Positions 9,561 through 19,087 of a stretch of DNA of 64,000 nt are shown piece after piece. Below the pieces are notes generated by a model. That model ran no database searches. It was given only the letters and a program-made list of their open reading frames with translations, and was not told the origin of the DNA. Within the stretch, counting starts at the first letter, position 1; each line of letters opens with the position of its first letter. Source of the DNA: Patescibacteria group bacterium (lineage in GTDB: Bacteria > Patescibacteriota > Minisyncoccia > Moranbacterales > DUUL01); the NCBI GenBank assembly GCA_015493225.1, contig WGDO01000087.1:514-64513 (forward strand), written 5' to 3'. A program made the translations under genes and the position numbers.

Positions 9561-11789
9561 ATGACAAAAAAACATACTCAAAAGAAAAAAAACAAAAAGA
9601 AAAAATCATCCACAAAAAAACAGATTTCCTCCAACAAAAAATTCTTAAAAGAAAAGCATAATAAAAAAAGTAAAAAAATAGCCGGAAAAGAAATTGAAAA
9701 AATAGCTAGAGTTCAAATAAAAAAATCATTTAAAGACCGTCGAAAAAAAGTTATTAAAACTTCCTATTTAACTTTTATTTTAGTTTTTGCTATTCTAACA
9801 GTCATTGTAATTAACCTACGCCACCTCTTTCCACCAATTAAAACTTCCATTAAAAAACCAGAACCTCTCAATCTTAAACAAATAGACAATGAGGGAGATT
9901 TTATAAAAATACAAAATAGCTTAATAAAAAAATCATCAGAAATTTCCATAAACAATGAAGAAAAATGTCAAAATAACATCTTATTCAATACCAAAAAACA
10001 ACGATTCGTTACTGTTAATAAAAAATATTTGGTAATTTTAAAAAGAGGAAAATTATTTGTAACAAATCTCACCACAAACAAATACATTAGTAAAACAGAA
10101 ATTTCTCCAATCCCCCTAAAGGAAAAAGAAGCAATTCAATATAATAATATTTATGCAACCGACAATATAATAACCGTCACCGGCTACCGTCAGGCTAAAA
10201 AAGCTTTAGAAATATCTCTATTTGAATTATCTCCCAATGGTATTCTAACAAGAAAAGAAACTTATGATTTACCAAGTAATAAATGTTCCCAAGATGCCAA
10301 AATAATTAACGACAAATTTATTAGTTACACGGCTCGTAATCTAAGAACAACTAATTATCCAACAATTTCAGAAATAAATATCTGGAATGAAAAACAAAAT
10401 ATATTTGATAATAAACACGTAAATAATAGTCAACTTTTTTATAATAACTCAAAATTAGACACTCCCTACCTACACACTATTACTACTTGCCAAATTAAAG
10501 ATTCTGTTCTAAAAGCTTGCCGTCAACAAAATTTCATTGATAATAAAATTGACACATTAACTATTGATTCCAATAATCTATATGCCTGGGTCTCTCATCA
10601 AAAGACAGATAACCAAATAAAAAGAACCCTGCCAACTTCTTTTATTTATCAAATTAATTTACAAGAACAAAGCAACCCCAAAATCATTCAAGTAGATGGA
10701 ACACCTATCAAAAACAATAAGCTCAAAGTGAGCGATGACTACCTTAAAGCAACTATTTATCAAAACAACACTACCGCTCCCACCTGGTTAACAAATTTTT
10801 CCAACAACAGCCTAGCCTTATTATCAATAAATTTAGAAGATTTTCAAAACAAAGGCCTAATTATAGATAATCCTGATAATTATCAAATGCTACCTTCTGA
10901 TATTTCCTATTCTCCGGAAAATAAATTCATCGCTCAAAATGATACTCTATTGGAAATAAATTCTGATAACTCAAAAATAAAAATTACCAAAGACAATACG
11001 TTATCCACAATTGACATTCCTGGAAAGATGCTTACCAGTTACAATATTCCAGAGCAAAATAAACTGCTTTTAATATATGTCAAAGAAAATAACTTGTATG
11101 CTAATTATTTGAATTATTCTAATAATTTTAATTTTGGTCAAGAAATTGTTCTAGCCAACAAAATAGATGAGGAAAATACAACCGTTCTTAAGGATGAAAT
11201 AAATAATTTTAATTTAACTAATAATCAATTTATTAGCCTACCAATTATCAATCAACTCAAAAATAATGGGCAACTCTATCTGCTAACAATAAATTCTGAT
11301 ACACTTGCAAAAGCTTATATTCTCAATATCAACAAAAACTTCCAGAGACTAAATGATGGTTGTCAAAATTCTTGCCAAGAAGATTGGACTAAGTTGCTTA
11401 CATTTTTTCCCAAAGAAAATTTAAATAAAATTTACAGTTTAACGGGCAGTTATTTAAAATCATTTCGCCTTCTTAATCAAAACAAACTACAACTATTACG
11501 CTCCATTAACTACACCCTAAGGCCAGCTCCACCAAAACCTCGTCGACCAAAAGCCAAAATCCCCGGTGGAGCCAAGGTAGTTAATGGAAGATATGTTTGT
11601 GCTAAAAAACATGACTATGTCGGCAAGAGTAAAAAAAATAACAAAGGTTACTTACATATGGATATGGAATGTTGCTTAGACCCAGATGAATATCCAAATC
11701 CTTGGTGTACCTATCAACCAGGAGAACTAAAAGTAACAAAGCTTCGTGCAGCAGACTACCATGGACGAGTTAAGAAAAAACATCACTAA
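9561..11789 (+). CDS. large membrane-anchored exported protein, beta-propeller-like, with Cys-rich C-terminal domain
   Basis: Lys-rich N-terminus, TM, NEGDFIK motif, beta-rich body, Pro linker, CCLDPDEYPNPWC tail. Confidence 0.55.
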   Translation: MTKKHTQKKKNKKKKSSTKKQISSNKKFLKEKHNKKSKKIAGKEIEKIARVQIKKSFKDRRKKVIKTSYLTFILVFAILTVIVINLRHLFPPIKTSIKKPEPLNLKQIDNEGDFIKIQNSLIKKSSEISINNEEKCQNNILFNTKKQRFVTVNKKYLVILKRGKLFVTNLTTNKYISKTEISPIPLKEKEAIQYNNIYATDNIITVTGYRQAKKALEISLFELSPNGILTRKETYDLPSNKCSQDAKIINDKFISYTARNLRTTNYPTISEINIWNEKQNIFDNKHVNNSQLFYNNSKLDTPYLHTITTCQIKDSVLKACRQQNFIDNKIDTLTIDSNNLYAWVSHQKTDNQIKRTLPTSFIYQINLQEQSNPKIIQVDGTPIKNNKLKVSDDYLKATIYQNNTTAPTWLTNFSNNSLALLSINLEDFQNKGLIIDNPDNYQMLPSDISYSPENKFIAQNDTLLEINSDNSKIKITKDNTLSTIDIPGKMLTSYNIPEQNKLLLIYVKENNLYANYLNYSNNFNFGQEIVLANKIDEENTTVLKDEINNFNLTNNQFISLPIINQLKNNGQLYLLTINSDTLAKAYILNINKNFQRLNDGCQNSCQEDWTKLLTFFPKENLNKIYSLTGSYLKSFRLLNQNKLQLLRSINYTLRPAPPKPRRPKAKIPGGAKVVNGRYVCAKKHDYVGKSKKNNKGYLHMDMECCLDPDEYPNPWCTYQPGELKVTKLRAADYHGRVKKKHH

Positions 11790-11794
11790 TCAAA

Positions 11795-12003
11795 CACCCC
11801 CTGTGTAAAGGGGGTCAAATTCTCTCATTACTTTTATTTGTTAACATAGTTAACAAATAAAAGTAATGAGAGAATTTGGGGGGTTTTTCGATTAATTACC
11901 TAAAAACCCCCGAAGCCTGGACAAGTTCTTTTTTAACTTTCTATCGAAAGTTAAAAAAGAACTTGTCCAACCTTCCGCCCCCCCCCCTAAAAAGGGGACA
12001 ACT
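11795..12003. repeat. back-to-back pair of modular palindromic elements
   Basis: 11795-11888 matches 4695-4786; 11902-12003 matches the reverse complement of 39633-39730. Confidence 0.9.
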
Positions 12004-12059
12004 TAAAGTCAATGACTTTGCATATGACCCCTATAAACTGTGAGCTATGAACCAAATAC

Positions 12060-12356
12060 TTAAAAACCAATTTTCCCACTCTTACCATTTAAATCCTCGG
12101 CTATATCGATCTTTCCAAACTGATCTTCGTAAGCTTTTAAAGTATTCTGCATCACTTCTATCATTTTTTTAAAATGCCCAGGAGAAGTGGTAATCTTTCC
12201 AACCATTTTTCCTGTTGGTGGCAAAATGTGCGCAAAAAGCAAATTAAATTCTTCTTTGTTATGTAAAATCTGCATTAGATTAGCATACTCCGCCCCCGCA
12301 ATATTATCGGAAATTTTAATCTCTTGTTGTTTAACCTGTTTATTATTTTTTGTCAT
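12060..12356 (-). CDS. DUF3467-family protein
   Basis: YAN...HNKEEFNLLF...SPGHFK...YEDQFGKI pattern. Confidence 0.85.
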   Translation of the reverse strand: MTKNNKQVKQQEIKISDNIAGAEYANLMQILHNKEEFNLLFAHILPPTGKMVGKITTSPGHFKKMIEVMQNTLKAYEDQFGKIDIAEDLNGKSGKIGF

Positions 12357-12452
12357 CTTTGTGCATTATTAATTTTTATAATTCTAGGTTAAAATCTGAA
12401 ATTTAATTCCTACATCTCTAAATGGTAGTTTAAAATTCCTAATTCTTAATTT

Positions 12453-13513
12453 CTAATTCTTAATTATTTTTGCCCATTCTTGCAATGCCTCCTCATAATT
12501 CCGCAAAGGTTTTCTTTTTCTATTTTGCAAAACAGAAACTTCTGCTCTTTTAGCCGGACGAGGAAATTCTTCTGGACCAACCGGAATTATCTTAGTATCC
12601 AATCCGAGTATTTTATACAGAGTTTTCAATCCCTCATACCAAGTAACTGCCCCTTCATTTACAATATGATAAATTCCAAAAGGTTCATTTTCTTCTACAA
12701 TATTTTTACTTTCCAAAGCTAAATCGGGAGCATAGGTAAATTTACTTAACTCATTATCTACCGCCTTTACTTCTTTGTTTTTTTTACCCAGATCCCCCAT
12801 TACCTCAAAAAAACTCTTTTTTCCCAAAGCATTTTTACTCAATCCTCCAAATAATTTTGACAGTCTAATAATGTAATATTTTTCACCTTGCTCCTCCACT
12901 GCTTGTTCTCCTTTGTATTTTGTCCAACCATAGCGACTTAAAGGATTGGGCTGGTCTTCTTCGGAATATTGCCAATAAGGAATAGTTTCTTCTTTACCCA
13001 TATATTGGCAACCATCACAACCACTGCCACAACAATGGGGAGCTCGTTGTCCACTCCGATAAGTCGGTCTTTTACCATCAAAAACATAATCTGTTGAATA
13101 GTGCGCCAAAACAGCTTCTAGATTTTTAGCAATTTTAGCCAGTTCTCCTGGCAGTTCTGTGTTTAAAATTTTTGCCTTGGCATATTCTTCATCATCTTCT
13201 TCACAAGAATCAACCGCATTATAAGCCACCGCATTATAAATTACATCCGGCCAAACTTCTTGAATCTTTTTTCGTAAATTTTCAAAGTCTCGTACATCCA
13301 CATCATCAATGTCCCAAGCAACCACCTCATATTCCGATTTCACCCCAGGCGCCTGCCCCTCGAAGCCATTTTGGCGAAGTGGGGTAAAGGGGGTCAAAGA
13401 TTCGAGGTCACGAGAATCTTTGGGGGTTTTTCAGTATTAAAACCATCACCATACAACCGCACTAACTCCGACCCTAACATCCCCTTCGATCCTAAAATCA
13501 ATATTTTTTGCAT
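12453..13513 (-). pseudogene. rfbD: dTDP-4-dehydrorhamnose reductase split by a repeat insertion (frameshifted; possibly recoded or a sequence error)
   Basis: N-terminus MQKILILGSKGMLGSEL starts at 13513 and stops at TGA 13396-13394; the body (AYNAVD, HYSTDYVFDG, YGWTK, RPAKR) is in the -1 frame. Confidence 0.8.
13341..13431. repeat. modular palindromic element inside rfbD
   Basis: CACCCC...TAAAGGGGGTCAAA-hairpin-TTTGGGGGTTTTT, same scaffold as 4695 and 11795. Confidence 0.9.
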
Positions 13514-13524
13514 AAATAATTATT

Positions 13525-14778
13525 TTAATTGTTTGATTTTTTCACTATCCTATCAATAGCTAATTTATAACTGGCGCGCCGATAAGTTAAATTTTCTTTT
13601 CTGGCCATTGTTTTCACTTCCTCATAGGCACCGACAATTTTCTCTTTTAATTTATCATTGACCTCTTCCAAACTCCAGTGCTCATTGTCCAAATTTTGGC
13701 GCCATTCAAAATAAGATACAATCACTCCTCCGGAATTAGCTAAAATACCGGGAATAATTTTTATCTCATTATTAACCAATGTTCTCTCCGCTATTGGTAA
13801 AATCGGTCCATTGGCCAACTCCAGAATCATTTTAGCTTTGATTTTTTCGGCATTTTTGGCGGTAATTACTCCGCCCAGAGCCGCCGGAATTAACAAATCC
13901 ACTTCTGCCGTTAACAATTCTTCATTGCTAATTTTTTGTTCTTCTTGATAAGTAATTAATTTTTTGATTTTATTTTCTTCACCATAAATATAATCGATTA
14001 ATTTGGGGATATCCAAACCATCTTTATTATACAACCCACCGGAAGAATCGGAAACGGCCACCACTTTATAGCCGGCTTTAAACAATAAATCGGCCATCAC
14101 CGAACCGGCATTTCCAAAGCCTTGAATGGCCACGGTTATTTCACTTTTATCTATTACCGATTCATACTCTTTTTCCAAAATATAAAATCCTCCCCGAGCA
14201 GTGGAACGGTCTCGCCCTTCCGAACCTCCTTTTTCTATCGGTTTCCCGGTGATGAATGCCGGACTGGGTTTACCGGCAATTTTCTCGTATTCATCTAACA
14301 TCCAAGCCATAATTTGCGGATTGGTATTTACATCCGGAGCGGGGATATCCTTATGGGGGCCAAGAACCTCAAAAAGAGCCCGCACATAACCGCGAGCAAT
14401 TTGCTCCAATTCTTTGTCGGAATAATTTTCCGGATTAATTCTTACCCCTCCTTTGGCTCCACCATAGGGTAAATCAACTAAAGAAGTTTTTAGGGTCATT
14501 CCGAAAGCCAATTCAGTTACTTCATCCAGGTCAACTGCCGGATGAAACCTAATTCCTCCTTTGCCCGGACCTAAAATGGTATTATACTGAACCCGCCAAG
14601 CAGTGATTATTTTCACAGAATTGTCATTTTTGGTAATCGGATAATTCACTTGCACAATTCGTTCCGGTTGTTTTAGTAAAATCAACCGGTCCTTACTTAA
14701 TAATTTTTCTTGTCGAATGTTTTCCAATTCGGTTTTACAATTTTGGCAAACTATCAGCTCCCCTTCTCCATAAATCAT
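13525..14778 (-). CDS. gdhA: Glu/Leu/Phe/Val dehydrogenase (glutamate dehydrogenase)
   Basis: GPGKGGIRFHP, LPYGGAKGG, DIPAPDV, QGFGNAG, ANSGGVIVSYFEW. Confidence 0.93.
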   Translation of the reverse strand: MIYGEGELIVCQNCKTELENIRQEKLLSKDRLILLKQPERIVQVNYPITKNDNSVKIITAWRVQYNTILGPGKGGIRFHPAVDLDEVTELAFGMTLKTSLVDLPYGGAKGGVRINPENYSDKELEQIARGYVRALFEVLGPHKDIPAPDVNTNPQIMAWMLDEYEKIAGKPSPAFITGKPIEKGGSEGRDRSTARGGFYILEKEYESVIDKSEITVAIQGFGNAGSVMADLLFKAGYKVVAVSDSSGGLYNKDGLDIPKLIDYIYGEENKIKKLITYQEEQKISNEELLTAEVDLLIPAALGGVITAKNAEKIKAKMILELANGPILPIAERTLVNNEIKIIPGILANSGGVIVSYFEWRQNLDNEHWSLEEVNDKLKEKIVGAYEEVKTMARKENLTYRRASYKLAIDRIVKKSNN

Positions 14779-14840
14779 ATTTTTAAAAAATTAATTATTA
14801 TCAAATATTTTAACTTATTAACTTATTAGTTGTAACTTCT

Positions 14841-15989
14841 TTACTTTTTATATCCTCTATTTAATCTTACTTTTGACAACACTAACAAACTTGATCCACC
14901 CACAATCAAGGAAAGCAATAACATCAAAACAAAAAACGACCACCTATTCAAAACAAATCCCGTCACAAAAACAATCGCTGAAGCCGTTAACTTAAGCAAC
15001 AAACTTTTTAAAGAAAGAATACTGGCTCGATTTTCATCTCGGATAATCTTATTGATTTCAACGGTCAATTTTGTACTTAATATTCCTCTAATAAAATTAA
15101 TTAACAACACTCCCAATAGGGAAAGCAAAAAATATTTTGTTGCTCCCATTAACAACATCGCTATCACCAACCACATTAACAGTAAATTCAGAGTAAAATA
15201 TTTGCTTTTCTTTTTCTGATAAAAAATAATCCCCAAGGAAACAAATAATAAAGCCACTCCGGCGACCATTCCGCCATATTTAATATCAAGACCCAATTCC
15301 AAAAACAAGGCATTGTATAACCATTTTAGATTATAAAAGAAGGCGCCAGTCAAAGCGGAAACTGTAACCAATTTAAAAACGATTTTCTTTTGTAAAAAAT
15401 ATTTCAAACCTTCCCTACTCGCCAAAAACAAATTTTCTTGTTTATTCTTTCTTTGTTTCATTTGAATAGACAATAAAATTATCGCCGACAAAACAAACAA
15501 AATTCCGGTTAAATAAAAAGGATAATTTAAATCAAAAGACGCCAACCAGGCCCCAAAACTGAAACCAAAAGCGGACATTAACACCGAATAAAATTTAACT
15601 TGTGCTAAATCTTTTTTAAAATCCTGACTAACTGTATGTAATAAAGCCGTATTGCTACCGGAAACCAAAGACCCGCCCAAAGCATAAATCAAATAAAACA
15701 ATGCTACTCCAAAAACAGATTGACTGAAAACAGTCAAATAGAACATTCCGGATGCTAACAACAAATAACCACTGATTACGGATAATTTATGTGAAAAATA
15801 ATCTCCAATCACTCCGGTCGGATATTCCAATAAAACCGTCAAAATATAATAACCGCCGATAAACTGAAAAACCTCTCCTTTGCTGAAACCCTTACTCATT
15901 AAAAACGAAACAATTACAATCGCCCAAAAAACTCCCGAAGAAATCACCAGGGCTACTTTTATTTTTTGAATATCATTATTTTTGTTCAC
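14841..15989 (-). CDS. MFS transporter
   Basis: About 12 TMs, EYPTGVIGD motif, RASILS. Confidence 0.85.
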   Translation of the reverse strand: MNKNNDIQKIKVALVISSGVFWAIVIVSFLMSKGFSKGEVFQFIGGYYILTVLLEYPTGVIGDYFSHKLSVISGYLLLASGMFYLTVFSQSVFGVALFYLIYALGGSLVSGSNTALLHTVSQDFKKDLAQVKFYSVLMSAFGFSFGAWLASFDLNYPFYLTGILFVLSAIILLSIQMKQRKNKQENLFLASREGLKYFLQKKIVFKLVTVSALTGAFFYNLKWLYNALFLELGLDIKYGGMVAGVALLFVSLGIIFYQKKKSKYFTLNLLLMWLVIAMLLMGATKYFLLSLLGVLLINFIRGILSTKLTVEINKIIRDENRASILSLKSLLLKLTASAIVFVTGFVLNRWSFFVLMLLLSLIVGGSSLLVLSKVRLNRGYKK

Positions 15990-16069
15990 TGTTTTTCAAT
16001 CTGAATTAAAACTATTATCACCGCCCCTTCACTTCCTTGTATAACATAAGGAAGTGCCCGTTATTTATT

Positions 16070-16561
16070 TTAGTTTATTTCGTAACCGGCTTTTATCCAG
16101 GCATTAATTCCTCCGTCCAATTCATAGACTTCGGGAAAATCAAAAGCTTTTGCCAGTACTTCCGCCTGTCCACTGCGATGACCGGACCGACAATAATAGA
16201 GATATTTTTTATTTTTATCTAATTTGGAAACTTGCTCTTTGAAGTCCGGAGCATAAAAATCGATATTGATTGCTCCTTTTATGTGTCCCGCTTGATATTC
16301 TTCCGGAGTCCTGATGTCCACTAATACATATTCGCCACTTTCCATTTTTTCTTTAAACTCCGCCGGAGAAATTAAGTATACGCCGTTTTTTGTTTTGTCG
16401 GTTGTTTTAAGTGTGGAAGTGATTGCTTTGGAATTACTAGATTGACTTTGGGTGGCAACATTATTATTGCCAAAATTTTCCGCTTTATTATTTCCACATC
16501 CCGCCAATAAAACAACACTTAATGCTATTCCTCCTAAAACTATTATTTTTTGTTTTTGCAT
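16070..16561 (-). CDS. rhodanese-domain lipoprotein
   Basis: Lipobox LLAGC, VDIRTPEEY..GHI.GA, YCRSGHRS, LDGG; start at MQKQK preferred. Confidence 0.88.
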   Translation of the reverse strand: MQKQKIIVLGGIALSVVLLAGCGNNKAENFGNNNVATQSQSSNSKAITSTLKTTDKTKNGVYLISPAEFKEKMESGEYVLVDIRTPEEYQAGHIKGAINIDFYAPDFKEQVSKLDKNKKYLYYCRSGHRSGQAEVLAKAFDFPEVYELDGGINAWIKAGYEIN

Positions 16562-16630
16562 AATTTTTAAATTAATTATTAGGAACTTAATATTATTATA
16601 ACACATTTTCAAATTTGAAAAATAAAAAAA

Positions 16631-17098
16631 TTAATACCCTTTTGGTGGTTGTTTTTTCTTGCCTAGTAATTTAAATTTCTTTTCTTTAATTTCCTGCAAT
16701 ACTTGTTCCACAGATTGATCAAACTTTTTCAAATTAACACCCCTCTTTTTCATAATTTCTCGCACTTCTAATAAAGTCTTTTCAAAATTATTTTTATTTT
16801 TAGTATTTATATCTTTCCAGGCAATATCTTTTAAACTCTCTGCGTATTTTTGATTAAAAGATAGTTCGCCAATACTCATTAAGCAAGCAATAGCCGGATA
16901 ACCAAGATAACCAACCCAGTAAGAGCCATTATCGTTGGCCATAATTGCATTTTTCTTTTTATCAAAAATAATTGTATAAAACTTTTGCCCACTAGACGAA
17001 TAAACTCGCAACTCACCATCAACTTCTTTGATCCTCCCATCGGCCAAACACCCCAAAGCCTCATAAATTTTAATTTCCGGTGGTATTTTCCACTGCAT
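16631..17098 (-). CDS. hypothetical protein
   Basis: 155-aa ORF with an enzyme-like motif (KIYEALG, NDNGSYWVGYLGYP); function unknown. Confidence 0.75.
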   Translation of the reverse strand: MQWKIPPEIKIYEALGCLADGRIKEVDGELRVYSSSGQKFYTIIFDKKKNAIMANDNGSYWVGYLGYPAIACLMSIGELSFNQKYAESLKDIAWKDINTKNKNNFEKTLLEVREIMKKRGVNLKKFDQSVEQVLQEIKEKKFKLLGKKKQPPKGY

Positions 17099-17187
17099 TG
17101 GATTGTAAAAATTAAAAACAATATTTTAAATCCTTTAACATCTTTATTATACCACATCAAAATACAAAACCAAATACAAAATTAATC

Positions 17188-17216
17188 TGGACTTACTCAA
17201 TTTTATATGTTATACT
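17188..17216 (+). promoter_or_regulatory. promoter for tRNA-Trp
   Basis: TGGACT-17-TATACT with extended -10 TG. Confidence 0.6.
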
Positions 17217-17253
17217 AACAATGTTTTGAAAAATGACGAATGAAAAAATAACT

Positions 17254-17324
17254 GCGGGTGTCGGTTAATGGTAAACCACAGGTCTCCAAAACCTGGACTG
17301 TAGGTTCGATTCCTACCACCCGTG
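17254..17324 (+). tRNA. tRNA-Trp(CCA)
   Basis: Cloverleaf, anticodon loop CTCCAAA, GGTTCGATTCC T-arm; CCA end not encoded. Confidence 0.95.
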
Positions 17325-17330
17325 CAAAGC

Positions 17331-17364
17331 ATAAAAAAACAGCTTGCATGAGCTGTTTTTTTAT
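17331..17364. terminator. bidirectional intrinsic terminator
   Basis: AAAAAAACAGCT...AGCTGTTTTTTT hairpin between convergent tRNA and CDS. Confidence 0.75.
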
Positions 17365-17374
17365 ATTCAACTTT

Positions 17375-18955
17375 TTAGTTTGCATCCGCGCCGATAAATC
17401 TTTCATTGGCGATATATTTTTTAAAAGTAGCTAAAGCACGGGGAGAGGAATCCAGACGAATAGTCGCCCAAAGATCATCATCTTCTTCCCAATTTTCGTG
17501 CCATGGTGAGATGGCTTTAAATTGCAGAGAACTAGCTGGATTTAAAATATATTCAAAAGCTCCTGCCAGCCACTTGTCCTTTCGTCCTAAAGGATGATGG
17601 TCTGTCACTCCGAATTCTAACAAAGCCAAAGGTTTAGTTTTAATCCCCGGGATTTCTAAAATATTTTTTTGCGTGTCACGCATAATCTCCGGAAAAGTGT
17701 CCCAATAATCTTCATCTGGATTTTGCGGACCATAAGCACTAATACCAATCCAATCAACATAATCATCTCCCGGATAATAATTTTTTTGTCGATTCCAAGC
17801 CACATCAGGATCAGAATAAACATCTGGATGCCAAAACCAAGTTACATTATTAACTTTCTCTTCCCGAAAAATATCTTCTATATGCCTATAGGCATCCACA
17901 AATCTTTCTGGCCCATCCGCCTTTTGAGGATCACCATATTTAGTTTTTACTCCACCTCCATTAAGAGCACCGCTCCAGGGGAACCAATTACCATTCATTT
18001 CCAAACCAAAATCAATTAAAATCATATTTCCATAATTTTTCACATCCTTAGCATATTGATGCAAATCTTCATCAAATTTTCCATCAATAATTTTTTGCAA
18101 GGAAAAATTTTTATCATAGGCTGTATCTAAAATCTTACGAGGCATCATTCGCACAAATGGAATTGTCCCCGTGGAAGCAATATCCTCCACCTTCTTTAGG
18201 GGAAATTTCAAACCATCCCGCCCCCAATTATTTGAAAAATAGGCCCATTTGATATTTTTACCAACCAAATTATTAAAATCTACAATCTTCTTAGCTGTCA
18301 CATAATCTTCCGGACCACCAAAATCCGGAAAAGCCCCAAAATAAATTTTATCTCCCTCCGGTGGCAACAGGGTTAAATCCTCATCGTCTCTTTCGGACAA
18401 GTAATGACTGATTGGTTCTCCATTAAAAAACATTTCCGTATTCTCAAATCCGAAAAACTGCTTCATTGTTTTCTCCAGTTGAGCAATAATTCTCGGGCTA
18501 TCACAGGCACCACCACCCAATCCTTCACCATTTAACTCAATCCGTTTTACCTTATTATCTCCTTCTACAATTTTACCCCGCAAAGGTGTTTCCATATTAG
18601 CAAAAACATTATATAAATTATTATTATCATCAACATAACTTAATAATTTATTCAAAGTTTCTTGTGGTGATAAATTTTCCCCAACCACCACCGGTAATAA
18701 CTTATCATCACAACCGAATGTTTCACCTTTCGTTGTTTTTATCAATTCGCTACCATCCAAAACCGTCAAAAATATATTCGTTTTTTTATTTTCAACTGAC
18801 TTACTTATATTTTTATCATGTCCCCCTTTGTTTATCCCAAAAACATTTTCTCCTGGGCTGGAATTACTAAATACCGAACCGAAAAGATAAACCCCAATCA
18901 ACCCCAAAAAAACCACTCCCCCGGCAATTAAACTATAGATTACTCCTTTTTTCAT
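17375..18955 (-). CDS. membrane-anchored glycoside hydrolase (GH26-like) with N-terminal GerMN-like domain
   Basis: IIDGKFD, EMNGNWFPW, YYPGDDYVDWIGISAY, EFG; N-terminal GGGACDSPRIIAQLEKTMKQF. Confidence 0.8.
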   Translation of the reverse strand: MKKGVIYSLIAGGVVFLGLIGVYLFGSVFSNSSPGENVFGINKGGHDKNISKSVENKKTNIFLTVLDGSELIKTTKGETFGCDDKLLPVVVGENLSPQETLNKLLSYVDDNNNLYNVFANMETPLRGKIVEGDNKVKRIELNGEGLGGGACDSPRIIAQLEKTMKQFFGFENTEMFFNGEPISHYLSERDDEDLTLLPPEGDKIYFGAFPDFGGPEDYVTAKKIVDFNNLVGKNIKWAYFSNNWGRDGLKFPLKKVEDIASTGTIPFVRMMPRKILDTAYDKNFSLQKIIDGKFDEDLHQYAKDVKNYGNMILIDFGLEMNGNWFPWSGALNGGGVKTKYGDPQKADGPERFVDAYRHIEDIFREEKVNNVTWFWHPDVYSDPDVAWNRQKNYYPGDDYVDWIGISAYGPQNPDEDYWDTFPEIMRDTQKNILEIPGIKTKPLALLEFGVTDHHPLGRKDKWLAGAFEYILNPASSLQFKAISPWHENWEEDDDLWATIRLDSSPRALATFKKYIANERFIGADAN

Positions 18956-19087
18956 TTTTTTGTTTTTAATTTATTATTAAATATATTAATATTATACCAC
19001 CAATCCACCAAAAAACAAAAACTGATTTACTTTCACCCTAATGAGTTGTATACTAAAGACAGAATTAAATTTATCTAAAATCATAAT

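Noticed and set aside
13393-13399. prfB-like +1 frameshift at CTT-TGA-C in rfbD
   Set aside because: The motif is present, but the +1 frame hits a stop soon after; the enzyme body is in the -1 frame
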